A program made the position numbers and the translations under genes. A stretch of DNA of 29,366 nucleotides, taken from the IMG/VR virus record IMGVR_UViG_3300037755_000064, positions 1 to 29,366 of that record. One strand, given 5' to 3'. The notes beneath the pieces were generated by a model, which saw nothing but the letters and a program-made list of their open reading frames with translations, ran no database searches and was not told where the DNA came from. Source of the DNA: a virus. Lineage: Duplodnaviria > Caudoviricetes. Shown here piece by piece: positions 18,972 through 27,350 of this stretch (positions are counted from its first letter, which is position 1; the number at the start of each line of letters is the position of its first letter).

Positions 18972-19595
18972 ATGTATTGTTTACAATGTAACAACAAGTT
19001 TGAGGATAAACCTAGAAAGAAATATTGTTCTAAACAATGTGCTAAATTATTTAATAGAAAACCTCACTCTATGATTGAAAGTTCTTGTTTAATTTGTAAT
19101 AAAAAACATATATCTTCTGATGGTAGAAATAAATATTGTTCCGCTATTTGCAAAGGTTTATCTAGACGTATAATTAATAACAAGAAACAATTGTTTAACA
19201 AACCGTGTTTGGCATGTAATGCTATCTTTGAAACTAGAACATCATATAGACAATATTGTTCTGATACGTGTAAAATAAAGGTGAAAAATTCTAAAAATAA
19301 ATGCAATCGACGACAACCGTGCGAAGGAATGTCAACAGATTTAGTAAAATTAATATATGCGAAATATAACTATCAATGTGTTTATTGTAATTACTCTAGA
19401 GGAATACCGGGACGTAAATTATCTATTGATCATTTGACACCCGTTTGTCGTGGCGGTGATAACAATGAATCAAACTTAGTTATAGCGTGTCATGGTAAAG
19501 GCGGGTGTAATACAATAAAAAATAATCGTACTCTTATAGAGTATATATTTAATTGTCCAATTCGTCGCAAGAAACGTAAATTAAAACCATGCTAG
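18972..19595 (+). CDS. HNH endonuclease with three CxxC...YCS..C zinc-ribbon repeats
   Basis: KYCSKQC, KYCSAIC, QYCSDTC; CVYC...LSIDHLTPVCRGGDNNESNLVIAC....CN; AT-rich. Confidence 0.88.
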   Translation: MYCLQCNNKFEDKPRKKYCSKQCAKLFNRKPHSMIESSCLICNKKHISSDGRNKYCSAICKGLSRRIINNKKQLFNKPCLACNAIFETRTSYRQYCSDTCKIKVKNSKNKCNRRQPCEGMSTDLVKLIYAKYNYQCVYCNYSRGIPGRKLSIDHLTPVCRGGDNNESNLVIACHGKGGCNTIKNNRTLIEYIFNCPIRRKKRKLKPC

Positions 19596-19957
19596 TATAT
19601 TATAGCGAACCACTTGGCATTCTTTACATTGAAAACCATAGAGTTTATGGGCGTAAATGGAATAGAGAGCCAATAGATTTACCATATAGACTGTACGAAA
19701 TAAACCAAAAATGCTTAATTGATGCTACATATAGAGGACCATATCTGAGAAAAATGTTTGGCGAACATGTATCTGATATTGCTTTTACTATTAAAGAATT
19801 AAAATGGTTGCCACTTAATATAATCAGAAAACTTGGATCAGATCTTGGTGTAATGAAAAGACGTGGGCCGCGAAGAGATCTTAGAAAACATGATATGCCA
19901 AGAACGTCAGCAGAAATAGCGGGAGAAATCATCAAGGTTTTACAGAATGTCACTTAA
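19589..19957 (+). CDS. Hypothetical basic protein
   Basis: Overlaps both neighbours; no confident motif. Confidence 0.6.
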   Translation: MLVYYSEPLGILYIENHRVYGRKWNREPIDLPYRLYEINQKCLIDATYRGPYLRKMFGEHVSDIAFTIKELKWLPLNIIRKLGSDLGVMKRRGPRRDLRKHDMPRTSAEIAGEIIKVLQNVT

Positions 19958-20525
19958 ACCCGAACAACAGTTAGAAGCATTAACATTAACATATCCGACA
20001 TTCAATACTTCGGAACGGGGTGGCATATTATCTCTTGGAACAGTATCAGGTATCCAAATCATAGAATACGCTCGCGATCCATCTGGGGTTATTCCAATAG
20101 GCATTCAATTAAATGATGTTGAGCATATTGATCCATCTAGACAAATTGATCCGCGTTGCCTTGGTAGAAGAGTAGACTATTCAATGGCAATCGTTGGAGC
20201 AGCAACAGATGGCGAATTTACAACCGACTGGATATCTATTACCGGTACTTTAATACCGGGGCAAAAAGCATATGTTGGTCCTTCGGGCACTATTACTAAT
20301 AATGGCGATTTGGGCGGTGTCAGAATAGGTACATTTATTTCTATTCTTGAAATAGATCCGCATACTGTTGTATTTGCTGGTAAAGGTTGGTCGCGAAAGC
20401 AAATGGATTCATTAACAAAGACAATATTTATAGAGAATGATCCTGCCAATAGAACATTGGTTATTACGCCAGGTTATGCAAAGGTACGTATAGGCAACGA
20501 ATATATGACCGGAAAGGCCGGCTAA
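19947..20525 (+). CDS. Second decoration-like protein, paralog of 13531-14013
   Basis: Shared ERGGI, P.G..L.DVE, TDGE..TD, G...Y....G....NG, VR.GT and G[FY]..VRI. Confidence 0.7.
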   Translation: MSLKPEQQLEALTLTYPTFNTSERGGILSLGTVSGIQIIEYARDPSGVIPIGIQLNDVEHIDPSRQIDPRCLGRRVDYSMAIVGAATDGEFTTDWISITGTLIPGQKAYVGPSGTITNNGDLGGVRIGTFISILEIDPHTVVFAGKGWSRKQMDSLTKTIFIENDPANRTLVITPGYAKVRIGNEYMTGKAG

Positions 20526-21067
20526 TGATTTTACTTCCAACAACCGAAGATTTTAGTGCGTCGAGCGGGCTAATTGATTTTGGGGCACTTGAAAATATCT
20601 ATCATTCGGTGATGGATGAAACATTTGTTGGTCTTGGAGGTAATCGAGGACGAGCTATTATACATTTGCCGCCAATAAAAACACAAAATCTTACTACACA
20701 GAGCGGCCCACAATCCCAACAATATAATCCATTTTTTGGCAGATCTTCTATACCAAGTCCAACGACTAGAAATACTGGTGTTGAAGTTACACCGCGAGAT
20801 ATAGAGTTTACTGTTCACTCTAGAATAGGTCCACATGGTGGTGACGATTTACAAGGAATTGGTGATTTAAAAGATAATGAGATTGCGTTAACGTTTCAAA
20901 TTGAAGCACTGCAATATGTAGAAGACGCTTTATCAATTAGTTTTGAAGGTAGACGATATCAGGTTGATGAAACACGCCCGATTGGATTTACAGTCAGACG
21001 ATACCTTATTGTGAAGTGCACAGAAATAAACGAAATTGACAATAGTACGGGCGAGAATCACGGCTAA
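20525..21067 (+). CDS. Probable head closure / neck protein
   Basis: Position; C-terminal ISFEGRRYQV...PIGF...YLIV resembles head-closure beta proteins. Confidence 0.5.
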   Translation: MILLPTTEDFSASSGLIDFGALENIYHSVMDETFVGLGGNRGRAIIHLPPIKTQNLTTQSGPQSQQYNPFFGRSSIPSPTTRNTGVEVTPRDIEFTVHSRIGPHGGDDLQGIGDLKDNEIALTFQIEALQYVEDALSISFEGRRYQVDETRPIGFTVRRYLIVKCTEINEIDNSTGENHG

Positions 21068-22089
21068 TGGCAATACAACTAAAAAGACGATCTCTTTTAA
21101 AGCTTAATATGAAGCTTTTCATGGACTATCACTTTCTTAGAGAGGGTGGTTATACTTCTGTGAACAGCGGCCAGTTACATTATACCGGCTCAGATATGAG
21201 CGTATTATTGCCAGATACAGATGCGGATGATCTATTTGGATTATCTGATGGGAGCATATGGCAATCTGCGTTCAGAGGATTCATCTACGAATCAGGAGTG
21301 GTAACGGATGGTGCAGCTTCCGTAGACCCACCAGTGTTGTATTCGGGTGTATATATTCAGGGAACGTTGCGTGGACCAGGTGATCCAGAATTTGGTCATT
21401 TTGCAGATTACATAAATGGACGCATTATTTTTAATGATCCGCAGCCGTTAGATCTTGATGTAAAGGCAGATTTTTCGTGGCGTCATGTCCGTATAGGGTT
21501 CGAGCATGACTTTAATCAACAAACTACAGATGGATATTTAGATTCTCAGTTTGCTAGTAATCCGCTTACTTCGATGCAAATTACTTATCCATCTGGTAGA
21601 ATGCAGCCATTTCCTGCTGTTTTTATAGAAGTGGATCAAAGACGATCAGAACCATATGAACTTGGTAATAGAAGTATGATTACCACGGATACTGTTCGTT
21701 TCCACGTATGGGCAACCGACGATGTTCAACGTGACGATATAATAGATGTTATAGATCAGCAGGTTAGGAAAGTATTGCCCATAATTAACTTTAATAGGGC
21801 ACCACTACCATTATCGGGTATTTACAATACACTTTCGCCAGAATATATTACTTATCAAACACTTTTAAGGAATAATGAAGTAATTACTACAGTTGGCTCA
21901 GGTCTTCCTATTGGCTATTATGCCTATATTGATGAAAGTAACGTCATAAATATGGAAGGGGCAGAGACTTATGAAAGGGGTATTGTTGAATATGAAGTTA
22001 CCACATATTTGAATGCTCCAACTGGACCATTGGGACATTTGTTTGGACCTATTAGTAGTTTACCACCAGCAGGTGACATCGGCCTTTAG
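21067..22089 (+). CDS. Probable tail terminator / completion protein
   Basis: Directly before the tail tube; FPAVFIE...YELG...FHVWA.DD.QRD.I.D pattern. Confidence 0.55.
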   Translation: MAIQLKRRSLLKLNMKLFMDYHFLREGGYTSVNSGQLHYTGSDMSVLLPDTDADDLFGLSDGSIWQSAFRGFIYESGVVTDGAASVDPPVLYSGVYIQGTLRGPGDPEFGHFADYINGRIIFNDPQPLDLDVKADFSWRHVRIGFEHDFNQQTTDGYLDSQFASNPLTSMQITYPSGRMQPFPAVFIEVDQRRSEPYELGNRSMITTDTVRFHVWATDDVQRDDIIDVIDQQVRKVLPIINFNRAPLPLSGIYNTLSPEYITYQTLLRNNEVITTVGSGLPIGYYAYIDESNVINMEGAETYERGIVEYEVTTYLNAPTGPLGHLFGPISSLPPAGDIGL

Positions 22090-22093
22090 TGTA
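22086..22093 (+). promoter_or_regulatory. TTAGTGTA motif, candidate late promoter for tail tube
   Basis: Exact copy overlapping the upstream stop codon. Confidence 0.55.
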
Positions 22094-22147
22094 TTACCAA
22101 TTGGGTATTATATAGATATCCAATAACAGATTACAGGAGAATATGTA

Positions 22148-23563
22148 ATGGCAAATTCGCGTGTATACTACGCAGTACAACAAGTAGCTATTAAAGCTAA
22201 CACAGTAGCTGCCACAGGTGATGTAGCTCCTGTTAATTCACGGGAATATATTACAGGAAATCTTGCTTCTGGTGTAAGCGAAGTTGGTGAACGTTGGGAA
22301 GTCCCACATGGTGTTCAATCGGCCGGAATGAGTACAACTTTCAATCTGGAAGAAACGTTTGAACTTGGTCAGGTAGAAGTATATGAATATTCAGAGCGAC
22401 AACCTGACATAGAAGTAACCTTAAGCAAGGCTATTGATGGTTCAAAGCCTATATTCTTCATGGTAACTGATCCATCACAGGGAAATGATATTGTTGCTAG
22501 AACGGCAGACTATAAAGTTGATCTTGCATTACAGATTTATCCAGATAGTCAATTCCGTGCTACTGGAAAACCAGTATCTATTGTAACTGCATCTGGCGTA
22601 GTGGTTAGTTCTATAAGCTATACATATCCGTCAGATGGATTTGTGACTGAGGATATTACCCTTGTTGGTAATGATAAGATTTGGGGAGCTATGCTTGCTG
22701 TTTCCGGTCAAACGGCAGGACATGACGGTGGACAGGGTGGTGGTGAACCATTAGTCATATTCCCAGATGATCAAGATGGAAGTAATCCAAATGCTCCGGA
22801 AGGACTACCTTCAGGTGTATTCGGACACGACGGTAATACATCTGCTCAGGTTGAGGGTGGTGCTCAGGAACTTGCCGGTCCTCCAGATCGCTTTGGTGTA
22901 ATTGTTGTTGGATCAGGTATTCAGCGACGTGAAGAAATCGAGATAGCTCGTTCAATTCTACCGCGAGATATTCCGGGGGTTATTACTCCGATTATTTCAG
23001 GAATTGATGCGGCATATGTCAATGGTGGATTTGGTGCACAAGGTGATGGAACTGCGGCCGGAGTTGATCAGTTAATCGCTAATGCCAATACGGACTATAT
23101 TGCTGAACATATTCAAAGTATTACTGTGTCAGTCGATCTAAGTAGAGATGATATCTTTGAACTAGGTTCTAAGAGACCATTCGCTAAAACAGTAGCATTC
23201 CCAGTAGAAGCAACATGTTCAGTAGAAGTTATTACAGCACAAGGCGACTTGGTAGATGCTACATCTGCTATAGACTGTGGACCTGATAATACTACGCAAT
23301 CCAATACAATTGTTATTAGAACTTGTGATGGAATGCAGGTTGACCTTGGAGATGCTAATAGGTTGACAAGTGTGGACATGGGAGGAGGCGAGGCTGGTGG
23401 CGATAACATGACTATTACCTATAACTATCAAAGTTTTAACGTATTTAATGTCAGCCATGATTTCTTCCAACCTAATCATAGAATATTAGTCTTCCAAAAT
23501 GGGAATAGCAGATTTAATATCGGTGCTCCAAGTTTTACTCGCGGAGATTTAGGAATTTTCTAA
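22148..23563 (+). CDS. Major tail tube protein with two tandem tube domains
   Basis: SD AGGAG; HGVQSAGMSTTFNLEETFELG repeated as HIQSITVSVDLSRDDIFELG. Confidence 0.75.
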   Translation: MANSRVYYAVQQVAIKANTVAATGDVAPVNSREYITGNLASGVSEVGERWEVPHGVQSAGMSTTFNLEETFELGQVEVYEYSERQPDIEVTLSKAIDGSKPIFFMVTDPSQGNDIVARTADYKVDLALQIYPDSQFRATGKPVSIVTASGVVVSSISYTYPSDGFVTEDITLVGNDKIWGAMLAVSGQTAGHDGGQGGGEPLVIFPDDQDGSNPNAPEGLPSGVFGHDGNTSAQVEGGAQELAGPPDRFGVIVVGSGIQRREEIEIARSILPRDIPGVITPIISGIDAAYVNGGFGAQGDGTAAGVDQLIANANTDYIAEHIQSITVSVDLSRDDIFELGSKRPFAKTVAFPVEATCSVEVITAQGDLVDATSAIDCGPDNTTQSNTIVIRTCDGMQVDLGDANRLTSVDMGGGEAGGDNMTITYNYQSFNVFNVSHDFFQPNHRILVFQNGNSRFNIGAPSFTRGDLGIF

Positions 23564-23571
23564 TTTTCATG

Positions 23572-23619
23572 TTGTAAAATCTGATTTCATGGGCATAATC
23601 TGAAAAGGATGTGCCCATG
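23572..23619 (+). promoter_or_regulatory. Sigma70-like promoter overlapped by a start-codon-sequestering hairpin, cassette 2
   Basis: TTGTAA-16-CATAAT; inverted repeat CATGGGCATA (23588-23597)/TGTGCCCATG (23610-23619) containing ATG 23617. Confidence 0.6.
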
Positions 23620-24183
23620 AATAGAAAAATCCCCGATCAAGAACTTCTGGATAGTCTAAAATCTGCCGCAAACGATTTGGGGCAAGATTATATTACAATT
23701 AGACAATATATAAACGCAAATTATTATTCATCAACTATAATCAGTAAACGATTTGGATCATTCGGTCATGCACTAGAACTTGCAGGACTGAAAAATAGAT
23801 CACGCAACCCTATTCTGCATACTGAAGAAAGTGTGATTATTGAATTAAAGCGAGTTGCTAAAATTCTTGGGAAGACATCTTTTAGTCAAAAAGAATTCGT
23901 GGTATTTGCTAATGTTTCTGTACCCACCATTAAGAAAATATTTGGATCTTTTAACGCAGCATTAATACAGGCGGGACTTAATCCAAATGAACCTGCAACA
24001 AAAGATGACATAGCGTCTGATATGATTGGTGTATCAAAGATTTATGGCAAAAATAGAATTACCGAAAGAGAATATCTAAAAAAGAGCAATTATTCGATAT
24101 GGACTATTATAGATAGATTTGGTTCTATAAATGAGGCTTTTAAATATGCAGGATTAGAAATATGTATACAAAAGAACAACTAA
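23617..24183 (+). CDS. Homing-endonuclease-associated repeat protein (3 repeats), cassette 2 part 1
   Basis: RFGSFGHALELAGL, IFGSFNAALIQAGL, RFGSINEAFKYAGL. Confidence 0.75.
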   Translation: MNRKIPDQELLDSLKSAANDLGQDYITIRQYINANYYSSTIISKRFGSFGHALELAGLKNRSRNPILHTEESVIIELKRVAKILGKTSFSQKEFVVFANVSVPTIKKIFGSFNAALIQAGLNPNEPATKDDIASDMIGVSKIYGKNRITEREYLKKSNYSIWTIIDRFGSINEAFKYAGLEICIQKNN

Positions 24184-24515
24184 AAGGAAAGATACTTGCT
24201 GCTGCTAAAAATCTAAATCAAGATTATTTAACAGAATCTGATTATATATCTCAGGGTAATACAGTTGCCCCTCTCAAAAGATTATTTGGATCAGTTCAAT
24301 CAGCATTTATTTCGTTTGGTTTAAAGCCGCCACCAAAACGTAAAAGTAAAATCACAGAAGAAGTTATTAAAGACAAAATTAAAGCAATATCAATTAAACT
24401 TGGAAAGAACTGGCTTTCGGTTGAAGACTTTAAAGCTAATTCAGATATTAGTGTTGGACCATTAATTAGATTATTTGGATCTATAAAAGAAGCTTTTCGT
24501 GCTGCCGGATTTTAA
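24162..24515 (+). CDS. Homing-endonuclease-associated repeat protein (2 repeats), cassette 2 part 2
   Basis: LFGSVQSAFISFGL, LFGSIKEAFRAAGF. Confidence 0.7.
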   Translation: MYTKEQLKGKILAAAKNLNQDYLTESDYISQGNTVAPLKRLFGSVQSAFISFGLKPPPKRKSKITEEVIKDKIKAISIKLGKNWLSVEDFKANSDISVGPLIRLFGSIKEAFRAAGF

Positions 24516-26073
24516 AGATGAGGTAGATAATACAATATTAAAATTAAAAAAATCTTTGAATAAAGACACAATAAGCGTAAAGGAATTTATAGAAAATGCC
24601 GATTGCTCTGTTGGGCCATTGATTAAATTCTATGGATCACCAGCTAAAGCTTTAACTACCGTATGTGGTGAAACATTTAAAAGAAAAATAGACGAAATAC
24701 CGACAGATGTATTATTGTTAGATGTTAAATATACAGCAAACAAATTAGGTGTTAATCGACTTACAGTAAAAGATTACGATGATCATGGAACATATTCGAT
24801 TAGTACATTAGCTAATCGTTTTGGAAATATTACTGCCGCGTTTATTGCCGCCGGACTTGAGGTAGATAACAATTATATACATCAAAATGAACTAATGTCC
24901 GATTTATTATGTGTTGCAAATAAACTAGGTGTAAAATCATTAACAGCAGAAGAATATGATGACAATGGTAAATATAGTAGTTCCACTATCTCAAAAAGAT
25001 TTGGCACATTTGTTAGAGGATTACAATTATGTGGATTAACTCAAAAACCTAAGAATACCTCACGTATCTATTCTAAAGATCAGCTTCTGATTCTTTTAAA
25101 GAAATTCAATAAAGAATATGGTCGAGTCCCAACGGTTAGAGATTTCAGAGATCCTCTCTATAAACATTATCCATCAGATAAAACATATTATTATAATTTT
25201 CCTGGTAAAATATGGGCAGAAATATTGATGCTTGCCGGTTTGAAATCAGAAAATAAGCATCTAGGATTAGATGGCGAATATTATGATTCATTATCGGAGA
25301 TGAAATTAGCTAATATTTTATTCTCAAGTTATATATCATATGCTCCACACATAAAGCCATGTAAAGATCGTCAGTGGAAATGTGATTTTTACCTACCAGA
25401 CCAAAATCTATGGATTGAATACGATGGCCTTGAAGAGAGACGTAGAAATCCTGAACAATACCAAGAAAAACTAGACTACTATCGCACCAACAACTTCAAC
25501 TTTATCGAACTTCACGAAGGCGACGATATCCTAGAAAAGTGTGGTCTATACATTGAATCGAAAGAACTTCTCATACAAATTATTACGTTTAATGAGGCTA
25601 ACGAATTTCTTGCTCGAAATCACTATCTTGGAAATGCTTCTAGGGGAGCCAAATACTATGGCGGATTTGTGGTAGATAAATTAGTTGGTGTAATCGGACT
25701 GGGAAAAGTTGCTAATCCTAAAGAGACATCTCTTGCTATTACTAGAATTGCATGGTTAGATATTGTTCGTAAGGATAGGAATTTTGGTTCGCGTTTCATA
25801 TCAAAAACCCTTAAACAATCTGGATATAGTGGTAAAATAGTATCATGGTCGGACCCTCGATTCCACTCGGGTACACTCTATAAAGCCTGTAATTTCACTG
25901 AAATAAAGACTAAGGCACGAACAGATTACGTTTACATTGATGTAGATGGCAATGAATACCATAAAAGCTATTGTAGAGTACCCGCTGGGCAATCTGAGCC
26001 CAAATATGCAGAATCCCTCGGCCTAATTAAAATAATAGTCCCACCTAAGCAGAAGTGGTCCATAACGATTTAG
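24499..26073 (+). CDS. Repeats (4) + PD-(D/E)xK nuclease + Mom-like GNAT fusion, cassette 2 part 3
   Basis: RFG...AGL repeats; YDSLSE...WKCDFYLPDQNLWIEYDGL; FLARNHYLG, LVGVIGLG, ITRI, IVSWSDPRFHSGTLYKACNF. Confidence 0.8.
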   Translation: MLPDFKDEVDNTILKLKKSLNKDTISVKEFIENADCSVGPLIKFYGSPAKALTTVCGETFKRKIDEIPTDVLLLDVKYTANKLGVNRLTVKDYDDHGTYSISTLANRFGNITAAFIAAGLEVDNNYIHQNELMSDLLCVANKLGVKSLTAEEYDDNGKYSSSTISKRFGTFVRGLQLCGLTQKPKNTSRIYSKDQLLILLKKFNKEYGRVPTVRDFRDPLYKHYPSDKTYYYNFPGKIWAEILMLAGLKSENKHLGLDGEYYDSLSEMKLANILFSSYISYAPHIKPCKDRQWKCDFYLPDQNLWIEYDGLEERRRNPEQYQEKLDYYRTNNFNFIELHEGDDILEKCGLYIESKELLIQIITFNEANEFLARNHYLGNASRGAKYYGGFVVDKLVGVIGLGKVANPKETSLAITRIAWLDIVRKDRNFGSRFISKTLKQSGYSGKIVSWSDPRFHSGTLYKACNFTEIKTKARTDYVYIDVDGNEYHKSYCRVPAGQSEPKYAESLGLIKIIVPPKQKWSITI

Positions 26074-26110
26074 CGTACTATTAAGGTGGTCTACGAGAGG
26101 CGTGGATCAC
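26070..26110 (+). promoter_or_regulatory. Variant motif TTAGCGTA followed by a 10-bp leader hairpin
   Basis: One mismatch to TTAGTGTA; GTGGTCTACG/CGTGGATCAC stem at 26086-26110. Confidence 0.45.
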
Positions 26111-26128
26111 TCTAATAGGTGCTAGGTC

Positions 26129-27343
26129 ATGTCAGACAAGACGATCAGTGAACTAATTCATATAATCACTTGGGATCGTCGCATCGTCAAAATCCCCGAC
26201 GAAATCAATTCCACATTTCATCATTGCATGTTAAAAATCCCCACAATTGAGGATCATAACATGGCCTATTTTATTAAAAGCGAAGTTTATGACCAAGCTA
26301 TCGCTGGTGGTGCCCCCACAGAGAAACAATTAATGGTGGAAGTTGTTTCGGCAGATATGTGGTCGGTCGAAAACGAAAAATTCATTGAAGATGCCGAAGA
26401 TCAGGTTAATCAATTAGAATCTCGCCTTTTAAAAGAACGAAATGTCGTTCAACGCAAGAGAATAAAAAGGGAAATTGAGGAAATTCGGGGCCGATATATC
26501 CATTTACAAAATGAGAGATCGGCAATGGTTGTAAATTCGGCCGAATACATGGCTCACGAGCGTATGATTCTTTTTCTCATTTCAAGAATTACTTTAAATA
26601 TGGGCGGAGAATGTATATGGTCTAATGTTGATGAATTTTATGATTGGTATAGATCCCATAAAGAAGCTGGGATATTTTTGGCCAAACATATAGTTAATGA
26701 AACAATAATGGATATTAAGACTATTCGCCGCGTTGCGAGATCAGGTGAATGGCGTTTGTTATGGTCAGCACATTCAAATAATATACAGGCATTGTTTACG
26801 CCAAATATTAGAGAATTAAATATTAACCAAAAAATGCTCGTTTATTGGAGTCGCGTTTATGATAACGCTTTTGAATCAACAGAGCGACCAGATGAAGAAA
26901 CAATTAATGATGACGACAAATTTGATGTGTGGTTTCAAAACAAACTAGAAGAACGCGAAGAACGAAAATTAAATAATGGCCAATTATCTAAAAAGGGTAA
27001 GCGATCACATGGCGATCATCACGAACGCGGTGTTGTTATTGATGGATATTATAGCGACGATTGTACATGTGGTGCAATAGAGCATAAAGGACGCGGTTTG
27101 GGCGAAACTCACAGACATGCTAATAATTGTCCATATGGAGTTTTTGTTAAATATACCGAAAAAGATAAAATGGAAATATCCGATCAGATCTATGGCAAAA
27201 ACAAATCACAAATTCGTAATCAGGTAAATAAGGAACAGGAATATGTTGCCGACCACGGAACAATAGAAGAGCAAAAATTAAGGAACAAAAAAAGTAGAAT
27301 GATACTTGGTAGTGATCAAAAAGTACATGCACGTAAACGTTAG
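26129..27343 (+). CDS. Putative tail assembly chaperone, long form
   Basis: Between tail tube and probable tape measure; N-terminal half homologous to 27878-28660. Confidence 0.55.
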   Translation: MSDKTISELIHIITWDRRIVKIPDEINSTFHHCMLKIPTIEDHNMAYFIKSEVYDQAIAGGAPTEKQLMVEVVSADMWSVENEKFIEDAEDQVNQLESRLLKERNVVQRKRIKREIEEIRGRYIHLQNERSAMVVNSAEYMAHERMILFLISRITLNMGGECIWSNVDEFYDWYRSHKEAGIFLAKHIVNETIMDIKTIRRVARSGEWRLLWSAHSNNIQALFTPNIRELNINQKMLVYWSRVYDNAFESTERPDEETINDDDKFDVWFQNKLEEREERKLNNGQLSKKGKRSHGDHHERGVVIDGYYSDDCTCGAIEHKGRGLGETHRHANNCPYGVFVKYTEKDKMEISDQIYGKNKSQIRNQVNKEQEYVADHGTIEEQKLRNKKSRMILGSDQKVHARKR

Positions 27344-27350
27344 GAGCATT

